Positions 20,065-28,909 are shown, numbered from the stretch's first letter. The stretch is 64,000 nt of DNA from Candidatus Bathyarchaeota archaeon (GCA_026014685.1 JAOZHW010000003.1:35995-99994); one strand, 5' to 3'. A program made the numbers and translations. The notes: generated from the sequence alone by a model not told the origin.

Positions 20065-21009
20065 ATGGGTAACGTCCTCCAATCTTCCCCCGACAGCCAC
20101 AAAAAAGACCTCGCCACTATGCTAAAAACACTCGACGCTGAATGCCGCAACTGTGCACCCACCTCACCACTCGAATGCATCAACCGCTGCCAAGCCTATA
20201 AACTCAAAAATGAACTTCGCAAACTCAACCAAACAATGGAGAACCCAAACTACCTAAAAGAACTCTTCAACGTACTTAAAAACGAAACTCGGCTCCACAT
20301 ATTAAAAGCCATAGCAGACGGCAAATACTCCGTCAGCCAGCTTCAGCAGGAACTCAAAAAAACTGGCCGCACCCACAGCCAAGAAACCATAAACGAAGAG
20401 TACCTTCAACCTCTTCTGGCAGTGGGCTTAGCTAACGAATCATGCGACGAATACTACGCCACACACTTCGGCGGCCGCCTAACAGAAGTCCTCGGTGTTT
20501 TTCCTGAATTCGCTGAAGTTTTGCCTGCGCGTTCGGAGTGCCATGAAGAAACCCTGCTCAGATCGCTTTTGGCTGGCCCAAAAACCTTTGAAGAAATAGA
20601 AACCGTAATTTCCCCCAAAGTTGCATCACGCATCCTGAAACGTTTACGTGAAGTCGGGTTAATAGAAACACCCGAAGACCGAGATTACATATTCTTTTTC
20701 CGCTCCAAACGTGACCCTTCACTTGAGACTTTGTCAGAAACAGAACGAAAAGTCTACGACAGCATCCCAAATGAGGGCATATCCGCAGGTAAACTGTCCA
20801 GAGAAACTCAGCTATCCACACGTAGAATCTACAAGTACCTCAGAGGCTTAAAGGGGAAAAAACTGGTTTTCGTAAGAAAAACCCCCAAAGCATACGGCTT
20901 AACCTGCAAAGGCGAAACCTTAGCTTCAGTTCTTGAAGGTATGCATGAAATAGTTGAGGAAACGTGGAATTCTTCCCAAAAAGTCTTCCACGCCGCCGAA
21001 AACTCTTAA
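20065..21009 (+). CDS. Multi-winged-helix protein with N-terminal 4-Cys motif
   Basis: CRNC...CINRC, then repeated wHTH-like units (ETRLHILKAI, TFEEIE...ASRILKRL, ERKVYDSI...IYKYLRGL..K.LV). Confidence 0.7.
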   Translation: MGNVLQSSPDSHKKDLATMLKTLDAECRNCAPTSPLECINRCQAYKLKNELRKLNQTMENPNYLKELFNVLKNETRLHILKAIADGKYSVSQLQQELKKTGRTHSQETINEEYLQPLLAVGLANESCDEYYATHFGGRLTEVLGVFPEFAEVLPARSECHEETLLRSLLAGPKTFEEIETVISPKVASRILKRLREVGLIETPEDRDYIFFFRSKRDPSLETLSETERKVYDSIPNEGISAGKLSRETQLSTRRIYKYLRGLKGKKLVFVRKTPKAYGLTCKGETLASVLEGMHEIVEETWNSSQKVFHAAENS

Positions 21010-21026
21010 CTCCACTTTTTTGTGTT

Positions 21027-21509
21027 TTAGCCGCCGCCCGGTGCGCCATGGAATGGTACATTCTCCCAGAGCATCTTCCACCAGTCGTCTTCGGTTATGG
21101 TTTCGCCTTTAACGATGATTTCAAGGGTCATCTTGAGCATGGCGTGGTGGCGGATTTCGTCTTCGAGGATGGCTTTTAGGAGGAAAACGACTTTTTTGTT
21201 TTCGATTTCGGGGATTTTTTCTTTGAGTACTTTGATGAGTTTGGCTTCTATGTCGATGTGTTTTTGGATGAGTTCCCGCTGCGTGTCTAGGTCACCTTGG
21301 GTTAAAGCTGTCGATGCACTTGTCAGTAGAGTAATCGCTGAAGTGTAAAGCTCAGCGTGCTTAACCGAATCCAGAGATACCCCTTTTAGAACGCCTTTAA
21401 CCGCGGGGTTCTTCATATCCACGATAGCTTTCTCTAGTGATTCTACGATTTCTTTTTCTACGTTAACTTGATTTTTCAAGAAATCAAGAAGCTCTTTTTT
21501 TGGTTCCAC
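21027..21509 (-). CDS. Ferritin-like (di-iron carboxylate) protein
   Basis: Duplicated helix pairs with E...DSVKH and E...DEIRH motifs. Confidence 0.8.
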   Translation of the reverse strand: MEPKKELLDFLKNQVNVEKEIVESLEKAIVDMKNPAVKGVLKGVSLDSVKHAELYTSAITLLTSASTALTQGDLDTQRELIQKHIDIEAKLIKVLKEKIPEIENKKVVFLLKAILEDEIRHHAMLKMTLEIIVKGETITEDDWWKMLWENVPFHGAPGGG

Positions 21510-21533
21510 ACAAAATCCTCCAATCGATAGGTG

Positions 21534-21977
21534 TTAAGCGGTGTTCATCAAGGTTTCGGAAATCTTTTTGCCAAGCTCTCTGCAGGCGTCGAGTGCTGTT
21601 TGGTCAGGAATGTATTTGGCAAGTACCGTCGGTTCGACGATTTGCATTTCAAACTCTTGTTTCATAATGTCAAGAACAATCTTTGGCGCTTCCCCACTCC
21701 AACCATAGGAGCCAAACGCCGCAGCAAGTTTACCTTTGAGATTCAAGTTTTGGGCTGAGGCTTCTTCGAAGAGGTTCTTGAAGTCGATTGGTATTTCTTT
21801 TCTGTAAGTCGGCGCTCCCAAAGCTATCGCGTCATAATTGGTTAATTCTTGTGCGTCCACGTGGTAGTTGACATCCACTTCGACACCATTTACGCTCTGG
21901 GCGCCTTCAGCCACAGCTTTCGCCATCTTTTCAGTGTTCCCACTGCGACTATAATACAAAACAAGTAATTTCTTCAT
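21534..21977 (-). CDS. Flavodoxin
   Basis: YYSRSGNTEKMA FMN loop, GAPTY, AFGSYGWSGEA. Confidence 0.92.
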   Translation of the reverse strand: MKKLLVLYYSRSGNTEKMAKAVAEGAQSVNGVEVDVNYHVDAQELTNYDAIALGAPTYRKEIPIDFKNLFEEASAQNLNLKGKLAAAFGSYGWSGEAPKIVLDIMKQEFEMQIVEPTVLAKYIPDQTALDACRELGKKISETLMNTA

Positions 21978-22058
21978 ACCCTAAAATAGGCTTGGAAAAT
22001 ATTTCAATATTGTGTTTGCCTGCTTGAAAACCTCAAAAGAGGCAGAAAAGACAGAACC

Positions 22059-22313
22059 TCAAGCGGCTTTCCTACCCGCAAGCTTCCTTTTTGCTCTACT
22101 ATTTTTCTTTGCTCTATTGCTTCTGCTTTCACCACCTTTTCTGCCGATCTCCTGATAAAACTTGGAACCACGCTGCTCAGCCACAGTTTCGCCACCTTTC
22201 TTGCCGATGGCGCGGTAAAATTCTGGGCCTCTCTCGCTGGCAACTTTTCTTCCGCCGATTCTTCCAGCTTCTTGTCGGGTCATTTTTCTTTTTTGCTCAG
22301 TTTTCATCGCCAA
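22059..22313 (-). CDS. KGG/GsiB-like stress protein (array gene 6)
   Basis: MTRQEAGRIGG, EFYRAIGKKGG, FYQEIGRKGG; GGAGGTGA Shine-Dalgarno. Confidence 0.88.
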   Translation of the reverse strand: MAMKTEQKRKMTRQEAGRIGGRKVASERGPEFYRAIGKKGGETVAEQRGSKFYQEIGRKGGESRSNRAKKNSRAKRKLAGRKAA

Positions 22314-22367
22314 AAATTATTCACCTCCAAAGATTCAGGTCTGAAATTACTTTAACCAATTATACGT

Positions 22368-22384
22368 CTTAAGGGTATGTGGCT
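22368..22384 (-). promoter_or_regulatory. KGG-cluster promoter motif, copy 1
   Basis: Coding strand AGCCACATACCCTTAAG, about 55 nt upstream of the 22313 start. Confidence 0.55.
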
Positions 22385-22409
22385 TTCATGGGGCAACCAC
22401 AAAACAGGT

Positions 22410-22691
22410 TTATTGAATTTTGCCGATTTCTTTAGTTATATCGATGGGTGAGTTGTAGGTTTTTTCTGGCAATCTGTTGATGACGTTCATGACATCGTCG
22501 GGTGCATCCTTGGTTTGGGCGTTGTTAACTAACTTCTCTTTTTCTGCAGGGTAATGCATACCCTTTAGGTACTTCTCCACGATGGCGGGGCTTACATGTC
22601 CTGCTTTGCCGCTTCGGTCAGTGTATTGGCGTCTTGTGCCTCTGCCCTGCCCGATTCCTCTACGCCGTGTAGTGATTGTTTGTTCACTCGT
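22410..22691 (-). CDS. DUF2795-family protein, apparently starting at ACG (absent from ORF track)
   Basis: VSPAIVEKYLKGMHYPAEKEKLVNNAQTKDAPDDVMNVINRLPEKTYNSPIDITKEIG; GGAGGTGG then 6 nt then ACG-AGT-GAA, preceded by an in-frame TAA. Confidence 0.8.
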   Translation of the reverse strand, partial: TSEQTITTRRRGIGQGRGTRRQYTDRSGKAGHVSPAIVEKYLKGMHYPAEKEKLVNNAQTKDAPDDVMNVINRLPEKTYNSPIDITKEIGKIQ

Positions 22692-22755
22692 GATTTACCA
22701 CCTCCAAAAATGTTCAAATAAAATCTCAAAGTAACATGTTAATTTGAATGCTAAC

Positions 22756-22926
22756 TTATCTTTCTTCGAATTCTCTTCCTTGCTCAATGAGTCTTCTTAC
22801 TTTTTGTCCCCCTTTATGACCGATTTCACTGTAGAATTCTTCACCATGGGTTCTAGCGGTTTTTTCTCCACCCATTCGACCTGCTTCTTGTACAGTCATC
22901 TTTCCCTTCCTTCGATTTTCAGACAA
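22756..22926 (-). CDS. KGG/GsiB-like stress protein, 56 aa (array gene 5, absent from ORF track)
   Basis: LSENRRKGKMTVQEAGRMGGEKTARTHGEEFYSEIGHKGGQKVRRLIEQGREFEER; GGAGGTGA then TTG. Confidence 0.9.
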   Translation of the reverse strand: MSENRRKGKMTVQEAGRMGGEKTARTHGEEFYSEIGHKGGQKVRRLIEQGREFEER

Positions 22927-22951
22927 ACAAACTCACCTCCACAAACATCAA

Positions 22952-23131
22952 TCATCTATCTTCTTGCTCTTTTCCTTCCTTGATTAGCCGTTGAACCCTC
23001 AGTCCACCCTTATGCCCAATTTCTTCATAGAACTCCCTGCCATGCGTCTCCGCGGTCCTTCGACCTCCCTTGTGCCCTCCTAATCGCCCTGCTTCCGCCA
23101 CCGTCATAGTTCCCTTCCTTTTTTGAGCCAA
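22952..23131 (-). CDS. KGG/GsiB-like stress protein (array gene 4)
   Basis: MTVAEAGRLGG...THGREFYEEIGHKGG; GGAGGTGA-5nt-TTG. Confidence 0.9.
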   Translation of the reverse strand: MAQKRKGTMTVAEAGRLGGHKGGRRTAETHGREFYEEIGHKGGLRVQRLIKEGKEQEDR

Positions 23132-23194
23132 CAATTTCACCTCCACTAAAACAAGTCACCCACAAAGGGTTCCCTGAACTGGTTTGACCTCTAC

Positions 23195-23446
23195 TTATCC
23201 TTCTTCGTACTGTTTGCCTTCTTGGATTAGTCGGCGGACTCTTTGTCCTCCTCTGTGTCCTGCTTCTTCTAGGCTGGTTTTGCCTCTTGCTTCAGGTGTA
23301 CCCTCATGCTGTTTGGCCCGTTCGGAGCCGCCTTTGCTGCCGATTTCACTGTAGAATTCAGGGCCGTGAGTTTGAGCCGTTTTTTCACCACCTAAACGAC
23401 CTGCTTCTTCTACAGTCATTTTTCCTTTTCTTCTGTCTGCGCTCAA
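23195..23446 (-). CDS. KGG/GsiB-like stress protein (array gene 3)
   Basis: MTVEEAGRLGG..THGPEFYSEIGSKGG..EEAGHRGG; GGAGGTGA-5nt-TTG. Confidence 0.9.
   Translation of the reverse strand: MSADRRKGKMTVEEAGRLGGEKTAQTHGPEFYSEIGSKGGSERAKQHEGTPEARGKTSLEEAGHRGGQRVRRLIQEGKQYEEG
23241..23366. repeat. 126-bp perfect direct repeat, copy A
   Basis: Base-for-base identical to 23914-24039. Confidence 0.95.
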
Positions 23447-23511
23447 ACATTTCACCTCCAAAAAAGTCGTACGGTAGCTTTCTACTCAATGACCTAGCTT
23501 AGAACAAGCTT

Positions 23512-23528
23512 CTTAAACGTATGTGGCT
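23512..23528 (-). promoter_or_regulatory. KGG-cluster promoter motif, copy 2
   Basis: Coding strand AGCCACATACGTTTAAG, about 66 nt upstream of the 23446 start. Confidence 0.55.
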
Positions 23529-23618
23529 GTCCATAAACAGCAACAGCCAACAATACAAGCTAGCCTTAGAGATACACCTACATTACAAAAAAATAACCGA
23601 TTTTTAGATTGCTTTAGT

Positions 23619-23807
23619 TTATTCTTTTTCGCGGGCTTTACCCTGCTCCACAAGTTTGCGGACACGTTGCCCTCCTTTTGGTCCGCCAATCCTTCCGCCT
23701 TTACGTCCAATTTCACTGTAGAATTCTTCGCCATGCGTCTGCGCGGTTTTTAGTCCTCCGCGGCGTCCAGCCTCTTCAACAGTCATTTTTCCACGTTTTT
23801 CCTCCAA
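23619..23807 (-). CDS. KGG/GsiB-like stress protein (array gene 2)
   Basis: MTVEEAGRRGG..THGEEFYSEIGRKGG; GGAGGTGA-5nt-TTG. Confidence 0.9.
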   Translation of the reverse strand: MEEKRGKMTVEEAGRRGGLKTAQTHGEEFYSEIGRKGGRIGGPKGGQRVRKLVEQGKAREKE

Positions 23808-23864
23808 AAATGTCACCTCCCCTAAACTATCGACCTAAAAACAGAGCCTTCAAAACAGGGCTGC

Positions 23865-24188
23865 TTATTCTCTTCCTTCCCGTTCCTTCCCCGCTTGAAT
23901 CAGTCGGCGAACCCTTTGTCCTCCTCTGTGTCCTGCTTCTTCTAGGCTGGTTTTGCCTCTTGCTTCAGGTGTACCCTCATGCTGTTTGGCCCGTTCGGAG
24001 CCGCCTTTGCTGCCGATTTCACTGTAGAATTCAGGGCCGCGTTCTGCTGAGACTTTTTCGCCGCCTTTGCGTCCGATTTCTTCGTAGAATTCGCGTCCGT
24101 GTGTGGCTGCGGTTTTTTGTCCGCCTTTCCTTCCTGCTTCGGCAACGGTCATTTTGCCCTTTCTGGTTTCTTCTGTTCGTGTACTCAA
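23865..24188 (-). CDS. KGG/GsiB-like stress protein (array gene 1)
   Basis: Four (K/R)GG units; GGAGGTGA-5nt-TTG. Confidence 0.9.
   Translation of the reverse strand: MSTRTEETRKGKMTVAEAGRKGGQKTAATHGREFYEEIGRKGGEKVSAERGPEFYSEIGSKGGSERAKQHEGTPEARGKTSLEEAGHRGGQRVRRLIQAGKEREGRE
23914..24039. repeat. 126-bp perfect direct repeat, copy B
   Basis: Identical to 23241-23366. Confidence 0.95.
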
Positions 24189-24247
24189 AAAATTCACCTC
24201 CTACTAAACGATGGAAAAGCTAACAAGATATTTGCCGAATAACCGCT

Positions 24248-24264
24248 CATAAAGATATGTTGTT
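24248..24264 (-). promoter_or_regulatory. KGG-cluster promoter motif, degenerate copy 3
   Basis: Coding strand AACAACATATCTTTATG, about 60 nt upstream of the 24188 start. Confidence 0.45.
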
Positions 24265-24438
24265 GTCGCATGGCAGTAACATACCAAGCTAGCCATAGAA
24301 ACACACTTGTAGACTTGTGCTGTTGGCGTGCTTTTTTCTTCTACTTCTCCTATACAGCCAAAAAACAACAGAGAAAACCGTCTGTTTCAGCAATTTAAAT
24401 ATCGGGCAGGGTTGAACTACTATGTTGCTGAGTGCACC

Positions 24439-25923
24439 ATGAAGGTTCTCCTCGTCAACCCGCCGCAGACATTCTACCCCGGCTCAGACCCACCCGCAGG
24501 CAACCTGCCCTTGGGTTTAATGTACATAGCTGCGGTGCTCCAGAAAAACGGTTACGCAGTGGAGATTTTGGATACGTTTATGGCAGGTGCGGAGTTTGAG
24601 GAAAAAAACGGCGAATCAGTAACCATCGGGTTCCCCCTTAAGCGAATTGAAGAGGAAATCCGAAGCAGAAACCCTGACATAGTGGGCATCGCGGGGCCCT
24701 TCACCAGTCAAATCGGCCACGCCATCGCCGTCAGCAAAGCCGCCAAAGACGCCAACCCAAACATCCTAACCGTGGTCGGCGGACCCCACGTCACCTTGGT
24801 TCCCAAAGAGTTCCTCGAAGAAGCCCAATCAGTGGACATTGCTGTAGCAGGCGAAGGCGAATATGGCATGCTGGAAATCGCCCAACACTTCGAAGGCAAA
24901 AAACCGCTCAGCGAAATCAAAGGAATCGCGTACCGCCAAAACGGCACCGTCGCCGTCAACGAACGACGACCCTTCATCGAAGACCTCGACGAATTGCCAT
25001 ACCCCGCCTACGACTTGGTAGACATGGAGCAGTATCTTGGACCAAGCAAGATTGGCTACCGCAGTTTTCAAAAACGAGCCATCTCGATGATTACCAGTAG
25101 GGGGTGTCCGTTTAACTGCTGTTTCTGCTCGGTGCACCTGCATATGGGTAAGGGGTTCCGTGCACACAGCGCCAAATACGTCCTCGACCACATCCAACAC
25201 GTCGTAGACAAGTACAAGGTCAAAAACATCTTCTTCGAAGACGACAACCTAACCCTTGATTTGAAACGCTTCGAAGCCATCTGCGACGGCATAATCACGC
25301 GGAAAATCAGAATCGGCTGGGAAACCCCCAACGGCGTCCGAGCCGACCGCCTCACCTTGGAGTTGCTTAGGAAGATGAAGCAGTCAGGCTGCAAAAGCGT
25401 GTTCGTCGGCGTGGAATCGGGCGACCAGCAAATCCTCGACAAAGTGGTCTGCAAAAGCCTCGACCTCAACCGCGTGGTCGAATTCGCCAAGAACGCCAAA
25501 GAAGTCGGCTTAAAAACAGGCGCCTTCTACATCATCGGGTTCCCGGGAGAAACAAAGCAGAATATGCAGCGCACCGTCGATTTTGCCCTTGAAATGAAGC
25601 GTAAATACGATGTGGGTATGCACTTGTTTGCGGCGACCCCATCTTATGGCACACGGCTCTATGAGGAGTGTAAGGCTAAAGGGTATATCGCTGCGGATTT
25701 GTCGTGGAACAGTTTTGCACAAGCCCGCCAAGCAAGAGGGCTCCCTTTGATTACCACAGATGAGTTTACGCCTGCAGAAGTCAAAGAGATCGCTGCTAAA
25801 GCGTTGGCAGAATACAAAAAAATACACCTGATCAATCTGGCGAAGCACCCCACTAAGGCACTTAAGACAGCGTTCGATCAGCCACAGCTGATCTGGAAAT
25901 ACCTCAAAAACTTACCGCCATAA
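24439..25923 (+). CDS. B12-binding radical SAM protein
   Basis: MKVLLVNPP, PLGL.YIAAVL, VGGPH, GEGE, TSRGCPFNCCFC, VGVESG, IIGFPGET. Confidence 0.93.
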   Translation: MKVLLVNPPQTFYPGSDPPAGNLPLGLMYIAAVLQKNGYAVEILDTFMAGAEFEEKNGESVTIGFPLKRIEEEIRSRNPDIVGIAGPFTSQIGHAIAVSKAAKDANPNILTVVGGPHVTLVPKEFLEEAQSVDIAVAGEGEYGMLEIAQHFEGKKPLSEIKGIAYRQNGTVAVNERRPFIEDLDELPYPAYDLVDMEQYLGPSKIGYRSFQKRAISMITSRGCPFNCCFCSVHLHMGKGFRAHSAKYVLDHIQHVVDKYKVKNIFFEDDNLTLDLKRFEAICDGIITRKIRIGWETPNGVRADRLTLELLRKMKQSGCKSVFVGVESGDQQILDKVVCKSLDLNRVVEFAKNAKEVGLKTGAFYIIGFPGETKQNMQRTVDFALEMKRKYDVGMHLFAATPSYGTRLYEECKAKGYIAADLSWNSFAQARQARGLPLITTDEFTPAEVKEIAAKALAEYKKIHLINLAKHPTKALKTAFDQPQLIWKYLKNLPP

Positions 25924-25972
25924 AATTTTGCTCAAAATTGGATTGAGACAAAAAATTATTGCTTCACTGTTC

Positions 25973-26788
25973 CTAATTGTTGCTTCTCCCAATTAAAAAC
26001 GGTTGCATTTCACCATGTAAACTAATCTGTCGATAGTAAACTGTACATTTATAGTTTAAAGTAACAAGGATATTTTCGATTCTCTGTTTTTCTTCGGTAA
26101 ACGTGTTGGCTGCTTTACCAATTTGCTTGTGAACTTCGATAATTAAAACTGGCTTGTTTTTTGTAATGGTGTCTTTAGCGCCTTGCAATATTGGTGTTTC
26201 GTATCCTTCTGTGTCTATTTTGATCACGCCTACGTCGGAAAAGTTAAGGCTGTCTAATTTTCGAACTGGGACATCAATTGTTTCCCCTCCAGGCAGGTTG
26301 ACTTCTTCATCCATAGTTCCTGTCACAGCAAACGGGGTAATCCCTAAACGACCCGAGCTATCTCTGTCTCCTATAGCGTACGGGAATGGGTGAATCTGTG
26401 GGAATTTTTTAGCTCTCTGTTTTAGAATTCGGAATGCTTTAGGCATTGGCTCATACGCATAGACTTCACGCCCTTTTTTAGCAACAAGAAGGGTCCAATT
26501 GCCAACGTTTGCTCCAACATCAACGAGGCACTTTCCTGGTTCAGGGATTATGTATTCTTTGAGGAAGTCTTCGCTGCCCTCGTCATCCCCTTCGTCAGAG
26601 AAATCGTCAACTTTGCTAAAAACATCATAAACGGCTCTGGGAAAAGGAATTCTTCTACGATTAAGTACGCGGAGAATGATGTTCAGGATCATGAATGCAT
26701 CTTTTTTGTTTATAACTATGTCGTCGATTTGTAGCTGTGCCTTTTTGATGTATGTTGACATGATTAATAGTTTGTCTGTGGGAAGCAT
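25973..26788 (-). CDS. FkbM-family SAM methyltransferase
   Basis: VDVGANVG, AYEP, IKIDTEGYE..ILQG. Confidence 0.9.
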   Translation of the reverse strand: MLPTDKLLIMSTYIKKAQLQIDDIVINKKDAFMILNIILRVLNRRRIPFPRAVYDVFSKVDDFSDEGDDEGSEDFLKEYIIPEPGKCLVDVGANVGNWTLLVAKKGREVYAYEPMPKAFRILKQRAKKFPQIHPFPYAIGDRDSSGRLGITPFAVTGTMDEEVNLPGGETIDVPVRKLDSLNFSDVGVIKIDTEGYETPILQGAKDTITKNKPVLIIEVHKQIGKAANTFTEEKQRIENILVTLNYKCTVYYRQISLHGEMQPFLIGRSNN

Positions 26789-26859
26789 ATAACGTTATGT
26801 CTTACTGAGCAAAAATTGCGCCCGATTCTAATTCATGTTAATACTCTGTCTGGTAGGGA

Positions 26860-26883
26860 GGTGGCGGGCCCGCTGGTATTCGA
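26860..26883 (-). repeat. Displaced tRNA-Arg 3' fragment (att-like direct repeat)
   Basis: GGTGGCGGGCCCGCTGG (26860-26876) equals 29300-29316; match extends to 24 bp with 2 mismatches into the T-loop. Confidence 0.9.
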
Positions 26884-26893
26884 CAGCCCTGAC

Positions 26894-26907
26894 ACGAATT
26901 TATCCTG
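26894..26907. repeat. Left inverted repeat of the island
   Basis: ACGAATTTATCCTG is the exact reverse complement of 29280-29293. Confidence 0.85.
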
Positions 26908-27628
26908 TTGCCGCTTGATTACTGTTTAAGCTGGTTGCTAAACACCGAAAGTTGATGGTTCTCCGAATTTTATTCTTAGCCTTTAATTTAATAAAAAACA
27001 CGCCGACAGCCACTATGCCAAGTGTTAAAACCACTGCAACGACATAAGGAAATAGCGCTAAATCTGATGACATTTCAGAGCCTGTCGTCTCTTTTTTATC
27101 GTCTATTTTGGCGTTAGTGTTATCAGGTATATTTTCACCATTTACGTTAAAATGTATTGTACTGCTGTCTAGCCCGATATTATTGTTAGAGTTTGGAAAT
27201 TCATATCTAGCATAAACAGTGATATTATGAGGGCCAATAGGCATGTCGGGTAGAGTTGTATATCCACTAATTAAGTGATATGAAAATATCGAGATAGAGG
27301 TTTTACCATCAGCATCCGTATACTCTAGAGGTACTGGAGTTACTTTGATGCCTACGGTTGTATTTTTTTCTCCATCAATGCTGTAAACAAACTCTATATC
27401 CGATTGCTCTGGTTTAAGAAAACTCTTGACTGAGAAGTTAAGGGTTAGAGGTTGAGAAATATATGTTATGTTTGATGGTGAAGTGATGTTGATAGGTGAT
27501 ACAAGGATGAATGCTTTACCCTCAGGGGTATGTTGTGCAGCCGTAGTTTGATTCTCAATCGATAAAGTGGCTGAGAAACCTAATACAAGTAGAGCAAGCC
27601 AGATTGTAATTTTTTTCAATCTTAGCAC
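26900..27628 (-). CDS. Secreted, C-terminally anchored protein with Ig-like domain
   Basis: Signal peptide, INITSPSNITY...YSIDG...GPHNITVYA, C-terminal TM followed by basic residues; stop lies inside the left inverted repeat. Confidence 0.7.
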   Translation of the reverse strand: MLRLKKITIWLALLVLGFSATLSIENQTTAAQHTPEGKAFILVSPINITSPSNITYISQPLTLNFSVKSFLKPEQSDIEFVYSIDGEKNTTVGIKVTPVPLEYTDADGKTSISIFSYHLISGYTTLPDMPIGPHNITVYARYEFPNSNNNIGLDSSTIHFNVNGENIPDNTNAKIDDKKETTGSEMSSDLALFPYVVAVVLTLGIVAVGVFFIKLKAKNKIRRTINFRCLATSLNSNQAATG

Positions 27629-27764
27629 CTAACACTGTTATAAAAAAGGTCTTATTTAATTCTAATTAAGGAACACTTTGTTCCAAACGAGGAACATATT
27701 TCTTTTTCCACTTCTATAAAAAAAGGGTTTAGGGCAAGTAAGCAAATAAGCATGCCAAGTCTAT

Positions 27765-28481
27765 CTATGTGTTTGTGAACCATAACATATCCGCTAAAAG
27801 GTCATTGTAAATACATTGATCGCCCATCATAGTGTTACAGCCAACGGCGGCGTACTTATACGTAGTTGATGTATAACCGACATAGTGATATGCCCACGAA
27901 TTGATCAGTTGTGTATAACCGATAGGTTCCCAACTCCAGTCTAAACCGCTGTTACTACCCCAGACTATGATGTAGTTACCTGTATGTCCGGGTCCTGTAG
28001 GCCCAAGTTTGCCATAGACGTAGACTTGCCCAAATGAATAGTCATAGCTTAGTCGCCCCGCTATACCTGCCCCTTGATTAAGACCAGTCGTTAAAAACCT
28101 TGTATAGTCATAGTTGATGGAACCGCCAAGAATACCGTTAGGGTTAATCACCTGGCCACCGTACAAGGGTTCTATTTTAGTCAGGTACGTCAAATAGCTT
28201 GGATTAACCGTTAAAGCAGAGGGCTGGAATTTCAAAACAGCGCCATTTGTGTCCGCAATCATTTTTTCCCTTAGCTCGATTTGCTTTATCCATAAACCTC
28301 GAATTTCAGCTAATTTAGCGTCAGTTGCATTAGGATACATCAAAGCAATTGATCCTTCGATAAAATCTGGCAAAACTTTTTCGCTCTTTATGGTTGCCGC
28401 TTCTACAGCAGTTAAGCTACTAGCCAATAGTGCTGCTGAAAGAATGACTACGAGGACAAGCTTAACTTTTTGCATTCTCAA
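27765..28481 (-). CDS. Secreted hypothetical protein
   Basis: Signal peptide ending AVEA, GGAGGTGA Shine-Dalgarno, aromatic/Gly-rich beta C-terminal half. Confidence 0.7.
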   Translation of the reverse strand: MRMQKVKLVLVVILSAALLASSLTAVEAATIKSEKVLPDFIEGSIALMYPNATDAKLAEIRGLWIKQIELREKMIADTNGAVLKFQPSALTVNPSYLTYLTKIEPLYGGQVINPNGILGGSINYDYTRFLTTGLNQGAGIAGRLSYDYSFGQVYVYGKLGPTGPGHTGNYIIVWGSNSGLDWSWEPIGYTQLINSWAYHYVGYTSTTYKYAAVGCNTMMGDQCIYNDLLADMLWFTNT

Positions 28482-28631
28482 TTTATCTTCACCTCCCCTC
28501 CTTTATTATCGCTCAGAAGCAGATGATACAAATGATTTTTTGATTTCTTTTAAATTTTTATGTTAATCATATAACATAAGATGTCAACGCTCAAAGATAA
28601 CCTTCTGAGGTAAGCATCGCTTTTTGTATAT

Positions 28632-28909
28632 TTACATGCTGCTGATGGAAAAGAAATGTCCCGGACGAGAGAGTTTACGGTAGACTAGGATTATGTGCCG
28701 CCGCAAAATTCGTTTGGAAGTACTTCAACGGGACTGCCTGCAACTGCCGAACCTGAAACCTCTCAACCTACGATAAATACTGGATAATCGATAGATGCAG
28801 GTAGCTTTCAACCTCTGGAAAACCCTGGACATACATCATAGTTTGTGTTTCAGTATCTTTATTGGCGGGTCTATATGGATTCGGAAAAAATCTAAAAAGG
28901 CCCGTATAG
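28632..28909 (+). pseudogene. Decayed 3' end of a membrane-anchored surface protein gene
   Basis: ADGKEMSRTREFTVD*DYVPP...TAEPETSQPT...* then frameshift to PWTYIIVCVSVSLLAGLYGFGKNLKRPV*. Confidence 0.55.

Noticed and set aside
21027-21060. C-terminal GGG of the ferritin-like protein as a ubiquitin-like or encapsulin-targeting signal
   Set aside because: No beta-grasp fold, no resemblance to the GSLxIGSL cargo peptide, and no encapsulin gene in the window.
22059-24188. Repetitive region as a CRISPR array
   Set aside because: The repeats are codon-phased protein repeats with synonymous variation, there are no unique spacers, and no cas genes are present.
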